A DNA stretch of 63,795 bases, counting the filler, from Klebsormidium nitens (Eukaryota > Plantae > Klebsormidiophyceae), in NCBI GenBank assembly GCA_000708835.1. It is 6 parts of 6 records of this genome, joined end to end, with 100 filler letters (N's around TTAATTAATTAA, not from the genome) between each part and the next. Parts side by side here need not be neighbours in the genome. Positions count along the whole stretch, not along the records: positions 1 to 14,679 come from DF238034.1; 5 more parts are not named here. One strand, 5' to 3'. Positions within the stretch are counted from its first letter, which is position 1. Each line of letters starts with the position of its first letter. The notes beneath the pieces were generated by a model that saw only the letters and a list, made by a program, of their open reading frames with translations, was not told the origin of the DNA and searched no databases. The position numbers were made by a program, and so were the translations under genes. This document shows, piece by piece, positions 1 through 13,500 of this stretch.

Positions 1-328
1 CCTGTCGAGAACGAGGTTAGGCTTAACCAGTCGTAATCGTTACAAGAAGACTAAAGCAGATGATGCACCACACACGTTTTTAAAAGCATTCCTCACCGAT
101 GAGCGCAAATTTCAATGAAATTCTACATAGGAATCCTCTGTAACCTTCCTCAATGAAGAAGCCACGGACAACCAGAGCGGTCCAGAGCGGTCCAGAGCGC
201 CATTCCACGAAGACACGCGAGGCGATCTCATCTACTGTAGCTGCATTTGGCAGCGAAAGACAATGTGCGAGGGATCCATTTTACATGGGACCGCAAAAAG
301 GAGTCTGCTTTTCGCAGATGCGATTGGG

Positions 329-429
329 GGGGGATTCCGAGAATCGAACTCGGGACCTCTTCCATTCATTGACGTCACGGCGACGCCACTAATTCCTAAG
401 GAAGAATCATACCACTAGACCAAATCCCC
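329..429 (-). tRNA. trnP-AGG: tRNA-Pro(AGG) with a 29-nt intron at position 37/38
   Basis: Reverse complement folds as GGGGATT TG GTCT AGTGGTA TGAT T CTTCC TT AGG A [ATTAGTGGCGTCGCCGTGACGTCAATGAA] T GGAAG AGGTC CCGAG TTCGATT CTCGG AATCCCC C. Mature length is 72 nt, the D- and T-arms match eukaryotic tRNA-Pro, and a T5 run (295-299 on minus) lies about 30 nt downstream. Confidence 0.93.
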
Positions 430-732
430 TCGATGTGCATGGCTTCGGGCAGTAAGAAATATCAACTAAGAAGGCTAAAACTCGATATGGGCGCTCACAG
501 ACAGCTGGCACCCATTCCCCCGGGGTCACTTCCCGGGCGACTTCAACGTTCGAGAGGCGGGGGGGCTCTAGTGCCCCCCCGCACCCCCCCCGCCTCCCTT
601 CCCCATCCCCCGGGGTAAGAGAGTCATTTCCCGCGCGCAGCTCACGAATGATCCGAGTCTGCACTGTTTGCCAGGACCTTGCAAAGGGCGTTGAAGACCT
701 GCAGGCTGCATTTCTAGGCTGCTCTTCACGAA

Positions 733-3700
733 ATGGCGGACCTCCAGGCCAGGGTGCAGGAGTTCGTGAACCCCGAGCTGCCTGGAGAGGTGCACAATGC
801 AGCATTGACAGAGATCCTCGATGCTGTGCGCCAGGAACGGCTGAGCGTTCCGCAGCTGGTGGGCAGTTTGGCGGAGCAGCTGACGACCGAGGACAATGGG
901 ATCCGCGCGCGGGCATGCCAGCTGTTGGCGGGGGTGATCAAAGGCATTCCAGACGTACCACTCCAGGTGAGTGTGAAAGCCAGCGTCTCGCTTGGAATGC
1001 TCCTATGGGCTTTGTTGAGGTGGTGTGCTTATAGAATGAGGTTTCTGCTTTTGACAGCTGGCGCCACGCCGGCAGAGCTTGATATGGGCAGCTATCGCGT
1101 GGTTTCATCTGATATTTGGAAAGTTTTGGATCTCCTAATCGTGGGCAAAGGCATCTGTTTGCGTTGATCGGAAAAACTTGTGGTTGCAAGTCCTCTCTGT
1201 GGGCATTGTAAGAAACCCCCATGGGTTGGTTGCTAGCTTTTCCCCTGCTTCTCCCACCGGCATGCTTGCCCTCCCAACTGGTCTGGGTGGTGGTGGTGCA
1301 ATATTAGCAGTCATGATAAGTCAATCAGACTCAAACGAGCCCTTCCACTGAAATGTAAACAAGTCTCGAAAAAGCTGTTACTCGAAATTGTGTGCACCAC
1401 GCAATCTTGGGCATAGTTCGTTTGACAAAGGGCAGGGTCTGTCTGACATTGTTGCGCAGAGTGACAGACTCAGAGTTCCTATTGAAGCAAGCGGTACTTT
1501 TCAGTATTTCATGACCATTGTTTCCGTCATGCTCGGCCTGTATGTCATTGTTGGCTTGACCATCGCATTGCATGTGTTGCCACTACTTGTTTCTGCTGTA
1601 CTTTGATTCTGGACCTCACCTGATCCTCTCTTAAAATCCAACTTGCAATTCAGAGGCAAGTTTTGATGCTGCATTGGTCCACACAGGATTCATTCAAGCC
1701 TGCCTGCATGGTAGGTGCTCCTTTCCTATGACAAAAGTATGATCCAGTTCAATTGCACAACACTTGCCAGATACACATCCCTGAGATCATGAGTGGAGTG
1801 GCTTGGGGTGATGAAAGTAATTGACGGTGCCTTTTGGGCTTTTGGGGCATGTCTGGCCCCTTTTGCAGTTGCTGTACATGCACTAGCTTTCAGTTAGACT
1901 CACAACCTAATTTTCCCATCCACCTCTGCAATTGTTTGCCCAACATCTATTTGCGTTTCTTTTGATCCTGACCAAAGCACAGAATCTGATTGGCCTGGCA
2001 CAGCAAGTGCCAGCTTCGATGTGAGTCATCGAGTCCTTCTTGCTCGAAAAGCGCACCATAGGTAAGATTTGCAGCTTGATCAAAGCACTACCACCACTTC
2101 AGGAGCTGGTCACCCGCTTACCATAACCAATCCCCCAACACCAAAAATGTGTTGTGAGCTTTGAGTCCAGCACAAGTGTACTGAACTCTTTGGTCCCTTA
2201 CAGGACACCGCCATACACAGCCTGGCAGAGTTCTTCGCCTCCCGCCTCGCCGACTTCCCCTCCCTCCGGGGGGCGCTCACAGGTTCCCTGGCCCTGCTCA
2301 AGCGCACCCCGGAAGTGGGAGCGCTTCACCCAACCGATGCCGTCGAGATCGCCAAGGCCGTTCTGAACAGCGTGCACGTGCAATCCCTCACCGCCGTCGA
2401 CCGCCTGCTCAGCTTTGAGGTCCTCGAAACCCTTATAGAGTCACACCCGTCTGCCGTTCTGGCCCTGGAGGGTGACTTTCTAGACGGCCTTGTCGCAGCA
2501 ATCGACGGCGAGAAGGACCCCCGCTGCTTGTTGCTGGCGTTCAGGCTCGTCGAGATCGCGCCGAAGGTGTTCGTAACGGGGCAGAGCGCTGTGCTAGCGG
2601 AGGCTGCGGAGGAACTGTTTGAGGTCATTGCGGTGTACTTTCCGGTGTCATTCAACCCGCCCCCGAACGACACCCGGGGCATCTCCAGAGAGGACCTGGT
2701 AGTGGCTCTGGAGAGAGCTTTAGCAGCGACCCCCCTCTTCGCGCCATACTCCCTCCCCCTCTTCATCGAGAAGCTGGGCTCCAGTCTCACGTCCGCCAAG
2801 CTCGACTCCCTGCGCGCATTGCGAGCTTGCGCGCAGTCCTACGGAAGTGCGATCGCCTCCCAGACAGGGCCTCTCTGGACCGCACTCAAAAATGAGCTTT
2901 TGCCCCTGAGCGTGGAGGCATCATCGGCCGGAGAAGTGGGCCCTGTTCCGGAGCGGAGCGCGGAAGTGGGGGACGCCGCGGTGGAAGCTTTGACACAATG
3001 CGTGAGGGCGCTGGAGGGCGTGGGTAGGGGGGCACCGGCGGTGTCAAACCCGCTAGTGAGATCTGTCCTGGAAGACCCGACCCTGGGGGACCTCTTTATT
3101 GCGGCCACAGGCGAGACTAGCATCCCGCTAACCAAACTCCTTAACCATGGCGGTCAATCCACACATTCTCAGACCGATCCTCACTTGGACGAAAGCCAAC
3201 CAAGGCCGGTGTTACACCAGACTGTCTCCCAAGCGCTCAGCGCAGCACCGCACGACTCAGAAGGCCAGGCCAGGAGAAGGGAGGCCGTCGAGCGGTGGAG
3301 CGGTGTCCTCTCTGCGGTGGCGACAGCTGGCGCTGGGCCGTGCCGCCAGGTGGCGGAAGCAGTGATGGCGAGAGTGACTTCAGCCGGGAGCGTGGGGTAC
3401 ACCGGGCTGCGGCTTCTCTCGAAACTGGCAGGCGCCGCACGCACGCTGGTGTGGACCGGTCAAGGTGACGTCAGCAGAGGGTTCGAGGGAGGAACGGGGC
3501 GAGAACTAGATGCGGAGGAAGTTCTGGGCGGGAAAGCGGAGGCGCTGGGGGAGATCTTCTCGGGGGTCGTGAGGGCATGGCAAGCGGAAGGGGGAGTGCC
3601 AGATGGGGAACTCAACGACCTGGCGACCCTGGCTGGTGAGTCTAAGACTGCTCCGGTCGCTGGTCTGTATATTGCAGCACTTTGGCGCTTGGACTTTGGG

Positions 3701-6700
3701 CTTTCTGAATGCGCTGCTACATTTCGGATTGGAAAGCAAGTTCCATGTTCCGCCGCTCCAAAATGCTCGAAGTAAGAGAAGCTTTTGGTTACCACCCCAG
3801 CGAGAATGACAGGAAGCACTTGCCCGCTAATGTCTCTCGCAGTGTGTTTCAGAGAAATGCCGAAGACGCTTCTCAGAAGTATTTAGCGACTGACTTCTGT
3901 GCCAGTTTCCAATCGATCGATCGATCATCTTCAGATTCCGCCACCTGACGCTTCCGCTCCTTCCCCTTTCCAGTTGACGGCTTAGAAGCGCTCGCCTCCC
4001 TCCCCCCTCCGCTTTCACAAGCCGAGTCCAACCCCCTGCGCCAAAATTGCATCTCCGTCTTGGTCTCCGTCCTCTTTTCCCCCGGCTCAGATCCCCACAC
4101 CCCGAACCCCCTCCAGCAGAAAGCCCTTCAAGCCTTAGCTTCCATAAGCCGGGGGCCGCCGTCCAAAGAACCGCCCGGAACTGCTGAACCCAATACCGGA
4201 GTGACACGTGGCGAGGTGGGCGACAGCTGGCATGGCGCCCGGCAGGTGTGGGCGGCCGTGAGCGAGCGCTTGCTGCAAGGTTCGGCTTCCCAAGGCTTTT
4301 CGCTGCAGATCTTCGCGACTCTCGCGGAGTCCTCGGGGGTAATCAACCGGGAGGTTTTGCAAGCGCTCGAAAGGCAGTTGGACCGGCTGTGGGGGGCGGT
4401 CGGTGGGTCGGTGGAGAGCGAGAGCGAAGCAGTGGAGGTGCTGCGGCTGCTGGCTCGCGAGATCCTTCCAAAGTAAGGATGTCAGCGGTTTTCAGAGCAG
4501 CGTTTTGAAAAGAGTGTTAAGGTGACTCCAACTGAAAGCAAGGGTCGGACGCAATGGCCCAGTTTTCAATACTCTTACGACGAGTCTGACGTCCTCAGTG
4601 CGCCATACTGTGTTGCAAGAAAGCATTGCTTTTTCTACGTCCACGCCTGCCGCGAAGTCGTTCCTAGGATGCGTTGTTGACGTGTGCCAGGTTTGCAATT
4701 CCGGATTCTGAAAGAAGCTCTCGGGCAAAGCGTTCTAGGCCCTGGTTACGATCCAAGATTTAGTGGTTTCAATTGCGAGGAGTAAGTTTTTCAGCCTTGC
4801 GGATGTCGGAGAGCTAGAGGGGTTTAGAGGATAGTTCTCCCTAAAGTCGCTTCGTCTTCGTTTCTTTTGAGAAGTTACACATCTTCTTTCGGATGCATAT
4901 CCAGGCTTCCCTCTAATGAGCTTTCGCACCCAGGCTTCCTTTTGCGTCCAGGAGACCAACACCTGACCACTCTCCGTTGAGTAGAAGCTATTACACCATC
5001 GCAAGCACTCTCTATGTTGCCCCAGGTTTGGTTCGGACGAATCGGACCAAGAGCTCGTCCTCCATTTCGTCCACGCGTTACTCGAGCGCCTTGCCACGTG
5101 GCCGTCCCCCCGCCGTCCGAACGACGGTCTTTTGGCGGCAGCGCTCGGGGCGCTGTGCGTCGCCATGCGAATCTGTACCGAGGCCAATCAAGCGGCGCTA
5201 TTGCAGAAGGCCGCAGGAGGGTTCTTCCAGGCTTTAGAAGGAGACGGGGTGAGGGAAAGCCTTTGCATAAGGCGGCAAATCTGGTTTGACACCTCAGTGG
5301 AAAAGAGGTTGCACAAGCGCAGCTGAAGCCGCAAAAGGCGGCTTTGCAACATCGTTCAAAGCTGGGAGAGACTCTGTACTTGGGCATTGTGCCGTGATCT
5401 TGGGCAAGAAAGGCTTGGGTTGCTTTCACAAAATTTTGCAGTAACTGAACCGCCCAGAGATTGGCACAACTTCCAAATTTGAGTACGCCCTCAAGTTCAC
5501 TGCAATCGCAGAGTCTGTCTTCCGGCTCCGAGTCAAACCGCAGGAGACGTTTTTGAATGCGGCCGTGTGCTTGTTTTCCTAGTGTACGTGACCATTCTCA
5601 GCGTTGTTAGGCGATCAGCAGTTCGTGATACCACTTTGAAAATTGGGGCACACGCAATCCTCCCCTGACAATGCCACCGTTCTCTTGCCAGGTCTGGCGG
5701 TCGGGCCCCGTTCTCGCCATCCTCGTCGCCCTCCGCCCCAGCGTCTCCGCCGAAGCAGGCCAACCCCGCGTTCTACAGGGCCTCCTGAGCCTGGCCCTCC
5801 AGTCTTCGGACGCTCTCATCGCGGACGCAGCGTCCGTCGCTCTGGCTTCGCTCCTCAAAAAGTGGCCGGCCCAAAGCGTTCGCCACGTGGCAGCTCAGGA
5901 GACATCCTTGTCCGCTTTCCACGCCGGTGGGGCAAGTGACCAGTTGGACCAGGGGGGGGGAACAGAAGCCGAGCCGGAAGGGAGGTTTGAAAATGTCAGC
6001 ACTCGGCCCTATTCGGAGGAAGCAAATTCACCGCACGAGACACGCTTACCGGCAACCAGCACGCCTTCTGACACCGCCTTAAGAACCCAAACCCTCGGCC
6101 AGCCTTTCGTGCCTTTCGGTGTGTCAACCCCTCCTCACGGACAGCCTGCAGCCCGGATGACGCCATCCCCCGTGACCCCAGCGTCCACTCAGGCGCTGCC
6201 AAGTGTCAGCCCGCCAAGTTCTGCGGCCACTTCAGATTACTCCCCGGCGATCTTCCTCGACTCCTCCCCTCAAAGCGTGCTCTTTGACACCACCCCAGTG
6301 TCGATTCTGCAACCCGGTTTCTCCCCGGCCGGGGGGCTACCGGGGCCCTCTCCTGACCCCCCCGGAACGACGGCCGTTTTCCGAGCGCCGTCACCTGGAG
6401 ACATCCCGCCGCGGGCGAGGCGGGTCGCGCAGAGGCTCGATTTGTCGCGCCTGGGGGGCGCGGTCGCTGCTTCGAACACCGCCCCTCGAGGACCCGAGCC
6501 AACCAACCCCCCAGAACGGTCGCCCCAGAAATTGGCTGGCGGGGACGGAAGTCTCGATCTGGAGAGTGCGCTTAGAGTAGTTCTTGACGAGAGGTTACTT
6601 CCGCTGTTACCGGAATCTACCACGGAAACGGGACAGAAGGGGTTGGAAGCGCAGATACGGGGTGTGCGAGTTTTGGCGGTTGTCGGTCAGGCGCTCGCAA

Positions 6701-8781
6701 TGCGCGGGCATAAGCGGACGGGTGATGTGGTCGGGGCTCTGGTTCAGCTCTTGTTCACACTGGGAAAGGCACACGGAACGGCCGGTGGTGTGAATGCGTC
6801 CTCGGGGGGAAGTGGCAAAGCAGACGGGAGAGGCGGTCCGGGAGAGGGGGCAAGGAACGGAATGCCACGTGTCAGCGCTGCAACGCTCTCTTCTTTCCAG
6901 CCTGAAGCACACACTTCCAGAAGCACGGGGGAAAGCCTCAGCCCAAGTGCCGGGTCACCCCAAGACGACCAGCCCAGTGCGTCGTACGATTTAGCGGGCC
7001 TGGCGCAGCTTGCTGACGTGGCAGCCGAGGGCTTTGGCGTCATCGCCGGAGAACGGCGCTCCTCAAATCCGGCCGAATCGAGCACGGACCTGAATCTGAG
7101 CAAGGAGACGCACGCTCAGATCAAGCCGCTGTATCGGCAGCGGCTATTCACCATGAGCCTGGGGCCGTTTTCGGAGGCGGTTCGGAAGGCGAAGAATCCG
7201 GAAGAGCGCCTTCCACTCTACCGCGGCCTGGCGCACCTCTTGAGGGGGACGCCACCGGCGGCGCTGGCGGTTGAGGCGGAAAAGGTGGGCAGTCTTTGTA
7301 GTGGGTCGTAATGCCTACTTGGATTGAGCGTGCTTTGCGTGCCTGCGAAATTTCGATGGATCTGCACGAAGGAATCAGCTTTCAGGAGGCTTGCTATTCT
7401 GCCGCCCTTGTGCGGCTTGATGGAAGGGCAGTGTTGAGTGAAGGTTTGACAGGCCACTCGTTGCATCTACCGCCTTCGCTACGCCGGTAAGTTCATCAAC
7501 GATGAGCCCGTTTCGATGTCGCGAATGCGCAGATGCAGCTTGCTTCGTGTTCGAAACACGTTTGCTTGACACACCTCCCAGCTTGACCGCCATTGCACGT
7601 GTGCTCACCGCTGTTCTCAGAACCAGGCCTAACCGTAGATCACTCACACAAAGGCGAGGCTTTCCACGAATATCCTCAGTTTATACTGGATGAGACAAAA
7701 TCTCCGGATAAATTGAATCAGAGGAATGCGACCATTTGTTTATAGATCCAGCGTATGCTGGCCATAAACAGCGTGGCACTCATCCGGCAGCCTTTCTTTG
7801 CGGAGTAGCTTTCATATGTGCAGACAACTCCACTGAAGTCAATTGGTTCTTCAGCCCCACCGGTTTTCAGTAGTCAGACTGTCGCGCTCTTCACAACAGC
7901 TCAACCGGCAGCAAACTAACGTTCTGCTCCCCTTTAGGTCCTCCTACTACTGCTCGAGTCCCTTTCCGCCCTGGCCGCCTCTTCGGACGTCCGCGCCCCT
8001 CGCCCCGCGTCCGACGCCCCGCTCGTCTTGTCCGACCTCCTCACGCTGACGTCATTCCTGACGGACGGCGGCCCTGCGCGCGAGCACGCGAGCGAGCACG
8101 TGCCCTCGATTGTACGGACGCTCGTACGGCTGACGGCGTACGGACTGTCCGCGAGCGTCCGGGAGACGGCCCTCCAGGCGCTCGTGGCTGCGGCGGACCT
8201 GCCGTTCACAAGGGTGTATCCGTTGCGGAACGAGGTGCGGCGAGAATCTTTCAGAAGGTTCTGCCGCCGTCGTTGTTGACTCCCCGAATTGCTTCTCGAT
8301 TGCTGCTCCGTCTACCTCCCTAGTCTTTCTTTCTTGAAGAGCGTGGTGCGCGAGTAGACTTGGAAGGACGGCAGTTGTATCACCTTAACTCCTCGCACTG
8401 GTGGATTCAGAGTTCGCAGGGCGACTTTTGCGATCTGTTCTGTCCTCCATTCCCCGTGTTTCGTGTATATTAACAAGCCGTGCATCCGGCGAAGACGTAC
8501 TTGAGTCGATTTGGGCTCTGAGGAGCGCGGAGCGGAAGGCGGCATCTTTGACAAGTCGTCGAGAAACGCTGCTTACAAGATTGACGACTGGAGGGAGAGG
8601 TGGCAAACATAACGTCGTAGATGACGAATACATCTGCGACGTCATGGAAGCTCACTTCGTCGTTTATGTTCAGGTGCACAAAGCGATTTTGGGCGCCTTG
8701 GACGACCCAAAGCGTGCGGTCCGCAAGGAGGCCGTCCGCTGCCGGCGAGTCTGGACCGCGCTTGGCTCGTCCAAGAAGTAG
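733..8781 (+). CDS. MMS19: MMS19 (cytosolic Fe-S cluster assembly targeting factor, HEAT repeats), multi-exon
   Basis: Phase-consistent GT-AG exons 733-966, 2204-3635, 3974-4472, 5026-5248, 5692-7284, 7938-8234, 8674-8781. Recognisable segments: LAEFFASRLADFPSLRGAL, IDGEKDPRCLLLAF, LFEVIAVYFPVSF, PLFIEKL, QIKPLYRQRLF and C-terminal LGALDDPKRAVRKEAVRCR. An extra intron within the Pro/Ser-rich 5.9-6.5 kb stretch cannot be excluded. Confidence 0.93.
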
Positions 8782-10502
8782 GACACGGCGGCAAAGTCAC
8801 ACGGCGGCAAAGTCACGTGCCATTGGGGATCTCAAAAGTGGCCAGATGAGTTGATGGGTTAAACAATCAGGGAGTTGGTGCGTTTCGTACATTGGCAGAG
8901 AAAGGAAGCCTTTCCCGCTTGACCCAGATGCCAGCAGTATGTGATCGAAGAGAGGTCAAATGCTGGACGCCTTTTCTTAATCGTGATCGAAGTTTGTCGC
9001 CGCGGTCTAACACTGACCTTGTTGTCAACAACAGGGCCAACTTGTCCAGCCAATCTAACATGCTGGTATGTCGCACATGCCGTGTCCGGTGAGTCATTAC
9101 ATTTAACTGCAGATCGCACTCACTCGCCCCGCACTCCAGCTCTTACGAATGAACGAGACTGATAGATACTTGCAAACCGTATAGTGCTTGCATCACCGGT
9201 GATCGCTTTTGTCTCTGAGGGCCTGGCACGATGGATCCCGTCCGTATAATCTGTACGACAATCAGCGAGTCGCGGTTTCGCTAGACCTCGATTGCCCATC
9301 ACATCCATGTAGTAAACGACCGGACCCCAATCATCGGTTCCTAAGTCCCATGACTCATGAGCAGTCCCTCGCGTGCGCATGGCCATGTCTGCATGGCAGC
9401 GGCCAGGACCGTACCGGCACCGTCCTTCAGTACGCGGGCCCCGTGAAGCTAGAAGACCACCATGATGATGCGCGATGCATGGTGCGGTGCATGATGCTTT
9501 GAGTACTTGATACCGGCGCGGCAGAATGAGTCGGAACTATTTGCAGAGTCCCGGCGATATACCGCGAGCTTCACTGGCAAAATGTCCAGCCGCAGATTCA
9601 CTGAATGTATGGCAGAGCTGCAAATCGATCTGAAGCTGCCACTCCCATGCATGTGTGGCGGCCAGCTATATGGCCGGCATGAGCATGAGGAATGCTGCTT
9701 GCGATAGGCTGCTGTCAAGCGTACAGCACATGTGTGATCGTTGGCGGCCCCTTGGATATGTCCTCGTCCAACACAATGCATTGCTGCCGGCCGCGGGTCC
9801 GACCCTGACGGTCAGAGCACCGAGATTGACCGGAACGGGTCTGGCGCTATCCGGGGCCTGCTGCATAATACACTGCATCTCTAATTCTTAAAGCTCCAAC
9901 CACGAGCAAGTTAAGCTTGTGAGCTCGACAGCCCCTCCAAGTGTTGGAGAATCCTGTAATGAGTCTTAATCCAAAAGCTCATTCAGGTACTTGCTGTCTA
10001 TATTGGAATATAGCAGCCGCTTAGGTTCAGAAGCCTATAGTAAGTTGCATTGAAGCTACTACCGTCTACGCCGACTTTGCCGGGCCGCGGGCCTTTCTGA
10101 ATTTGTGAATTTGTTTGACGACTAGCTTACCTCTACGATCGTTATACCACCTTATATAATCAGAAACAGAGCAACTCTGTACCCCCCTGTACTTGACTCT
10201 GAAAATGTTCGGCCCAGACGTACGTAGTTGTTTTACAATAAGCGAGCGATTCTGCCGAGCCAAGCCAATGTGGCCTACAACAGAGAAAAACTCTTCTGTT
10301 ATGGTCGAAGTAAAGGATCATGGTACCAATTAGTATAAGTGCCTACAGTATCTAGCGCGTGCCTTCCGTCGAGGTCCCAACCTATAATCATTAAAAATTT
10401 AGACGAGTTCCGCCGTCAAGCACCCGGCGTCGCGCACGAGGTGAAAGCACCGCGCATTTCTGACTGTACAAACGAGGCCACTCTGGCTCCCACAGCGCGC
10501 GA

Positions 10503-13500
10503 TCAAATCTTGCCAACCGGTTGCGCGACTGGTCCCAGGTACTTCTGCAGCGCGTTGGAAAAGACCTCGTAGATGAGCGTCAGCGGGCGCCCTTCGACGT
10601 AAAACGTATAGTGACGAGCCCAAAAGGGGCCGCGCATGCCGAACTCTCTGCACGTTGAACTCAAGCGCTCAGCCTCATTTTTTTACGTTCCACTTCATCC
10701 TTCCGTCTTGTGCACTGCCTTAACTTCCAGACTCCTATCGTTCGGGCAGTCAATAGAGTAGACGTCAGCAGGCATGTCAACGGTCCAAAGACCATGAAGA
10801 GGGAGACAGGCTTGTAGGCCGCCTAAGGATCTCAGCGTTTCCAGAAATCTAGAGTCTCATTAGGTGCGTCGGAAGTGTGACGAAATCTCAGTACCACGAG
10901 AGGGGGCATCGAAATAAGGCAAAGGTCTTTTGAGTCAAGATGGACAGCTCGAGGAAAGGCTCAGTGTTGGGCAGACTTCGAAATGAGGAACGGCTTCGAG
11001 CTCTGCCCATCTGGCGTCTGTTGATGTAGTCTTTCAGTTGAAGAAGTACGGTACTTACTCGCCTCAGTAATCTAAATAGAGCCGACTCAGAAGCCAGATT
11101 TCGGCAATCTCATCGCTCAAGAAAGTGCTGAGAGCATTACCCCTTGGGGCCTAATCCCAGTAAGGACAGCGGGTTCCGCCCTTGGACCAGAACTGTTAAA
11201 AGGGCTGACTTCCTGAAAACCATTCCCTTTTACCGACTAGCCTTCGTCGTCCGTCGAAAAGTTCCCGTCGACTGGGCGCTTCGAGGCTGCCATCAAAACC
11301 TGCCATTAAGGGCGGCCGAGCGGGCAGGGGGAGGGAAAACGCTGAAAATGGCAAGGACAATCTTGTAGAAGGCTTCTCTTGGGTTCTAACCAAGTTTTTG
11401 GCACGTCTCACCTTTCGAGGTCGGGCGAGTAGCCCAGATAGACGCACGAGATGCTCCGGTGGAGCGGCGCCTTGGCGGCCATCAGGTTCGTCCAGATCGG
11501 CGCGTGGACGTCCGAAAGGTACGTACCGACGTCCGAAGCCGCCCACCAGGACGCCGCGTACACCAGCCGCTCGCCTTGGCCGTTCTCCAAGAAAACCTGC
11601 ACAAGCGGAAACCGATTAGCTGGTCTGACACGAGGACTTAACCCAGAATACCGAGGTGATTTTCCTTCAGACTGGATACCGACTCAAGAATCTGGCTTCG
11701 TATGAAAAAGAGGTGTCGACAATGATTGCGTGGCGCCGTGGTGTTTTAGGGGTTTCCTGTCCGATTTGTCTGACCTGCGGTTGACAGGTCGAAGCACAGG
11801 ACCGATGCAAATGCCTGTGTCACGTGATCTGCCCACCTGTCTTTGGACACGTGGCGCTTGGATGAGCTCCGCCCCGCTGGGCAGGCCCTCGAGCGAGTGC
11901 CCGATGTCACGCATCTCGAAACAGTCGGCGCGGGTCTTGGTCGCCGTGAGGAGCTGCAGGTGGCGCGTCACCGACCCGTCGCTGAGGAGCATCATGCGCC
12001 AGGGGGGCGACAGCACCGCGGCCAGACTGGCGTTGCTCATGCAGCTCTGGGCCGACTCCTGCAAGAGACGAAACGGGAGCAGTTAGAGAGGAGTCGGGTT
12101 TCTTTCCAGAGGCAGGGATGGAGAGGGGCCGAGGCAGAAAGGGAGAGAGCGGGGAGCAGCAACATCGCGCGACATCCCACAAAGAAGGGTAGGAAAGAAT
12201 CAGAAAGTGCGCGGGAGAGGAAAGGAAAATGATACATCGCTCTCGAGAGTCAGAAAAGGGGCACGGGAAGTTAGAAAGGTGACACGGGAAGGACGGGAAG
12301 GAGGGGGATCCTGATAGCCCGGGCCAGGCCGCCCGTTACTGAGCAGGAGCTGGCAGCTGTGAAAGGACTCTTACACGACTTTTAAAACACGAAGTGCAAG
12401 TGGAACGGGCTGCTAACGAGGATTGTAGATGGAGGGGTCAGAGCTTGGCCGGGCTTGCATTGAATGTCGTTCTAAAAAACTACCCTTTTCAAAGCTCAAC
12501 GCGTTCTGGTTTCAACCCCCCCGGAAGAGAGCTTACCTACTTCTCCCTGAGAGACAAACGAGAAAAGAAAAGTCTCTGGTAAAAAATGAGGGAGCAGGGA
12601 ATAAGCTTTTCAAAGATCAAAGATAGCAGACTAGATAGAAATGCTGCCTCTGTCCAACGTAGTGAAGGGTGGGGTTGTGCTCCTTCAGGTTGCAAAGTAA
12701 GGAAAAGCTCTCAAACGTGGTTTCAAGTGGCACATCATGAACGAATTGAGTATCCATCGACAACACACGGTATGCTGAAAGCAGGTGAGGAGTTCAGGAT
12801 GAAAAGGAGAGCTTGGTCTGCGGGCCTTTGGCAGTGTCGTGATTAGCAGGAGTTGTGATTTTGACTGTCTGCGACTGAAGGAAGAAGGTCGCTAGGCACA
12901 GCATGGCAATTCTTGAAGTATCACTATGGGGCTCACCTGATGCATGGGCTGGACAGGGTGCCAGCTGGCGGGGCTGTAACTAGGCATGGGGTGCACCTGG
13001 AGGTTGGGCCACTCAACATCCTCCGAGGCTGCTGCACAAGTAGAACGCTCAGACAGTAAGAGCACGGGACAGCTGGGGCTTGAAATCCAAGGGGCAGCAA
13101 AGATCAGCATGACTCCAATTTACTTGGCTCTGAGAGGAGAACAAAGAGCTGAGAATGTGTGTAGCCACAGAAGAGGTTCTTATCACCCAGTAAGATACCA
13201 GCAATTGTTCTGACAGAGAGGCCACTGGAAAGACAGTTCCAATGCATGGACACACATGAAACTGAGCTACGTGCTATCGGCCTTAGAAGTCTGATGAGCC
13301 ACTCTAGCTCCTGAAGCCATCAGAAGAAATGACAATAGATGCAAGCAGAATCACCACAGTGTGCAAAGTCAAGACGACAACAACGCTTCAGGCGGCAGCA
13401 TCAAGCAGACCCTCAACTGAGACACTCGTTGGGAGAAGCCCCATACCTTTGCTGTCCCCTGTGCTTGGCTGGACCGTCACACATGGTCTCTCCCCCTCCC

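Noticed and set aside
10066-10263. Short ORF with YIRWYN and IFRVKYRG, reminiscent of an integrase tail or chromodomain
   Set aside because: Only 65 aa, with no catalytic core, LTR or neighbouring retroelement domains; the similarity is too weak to support.
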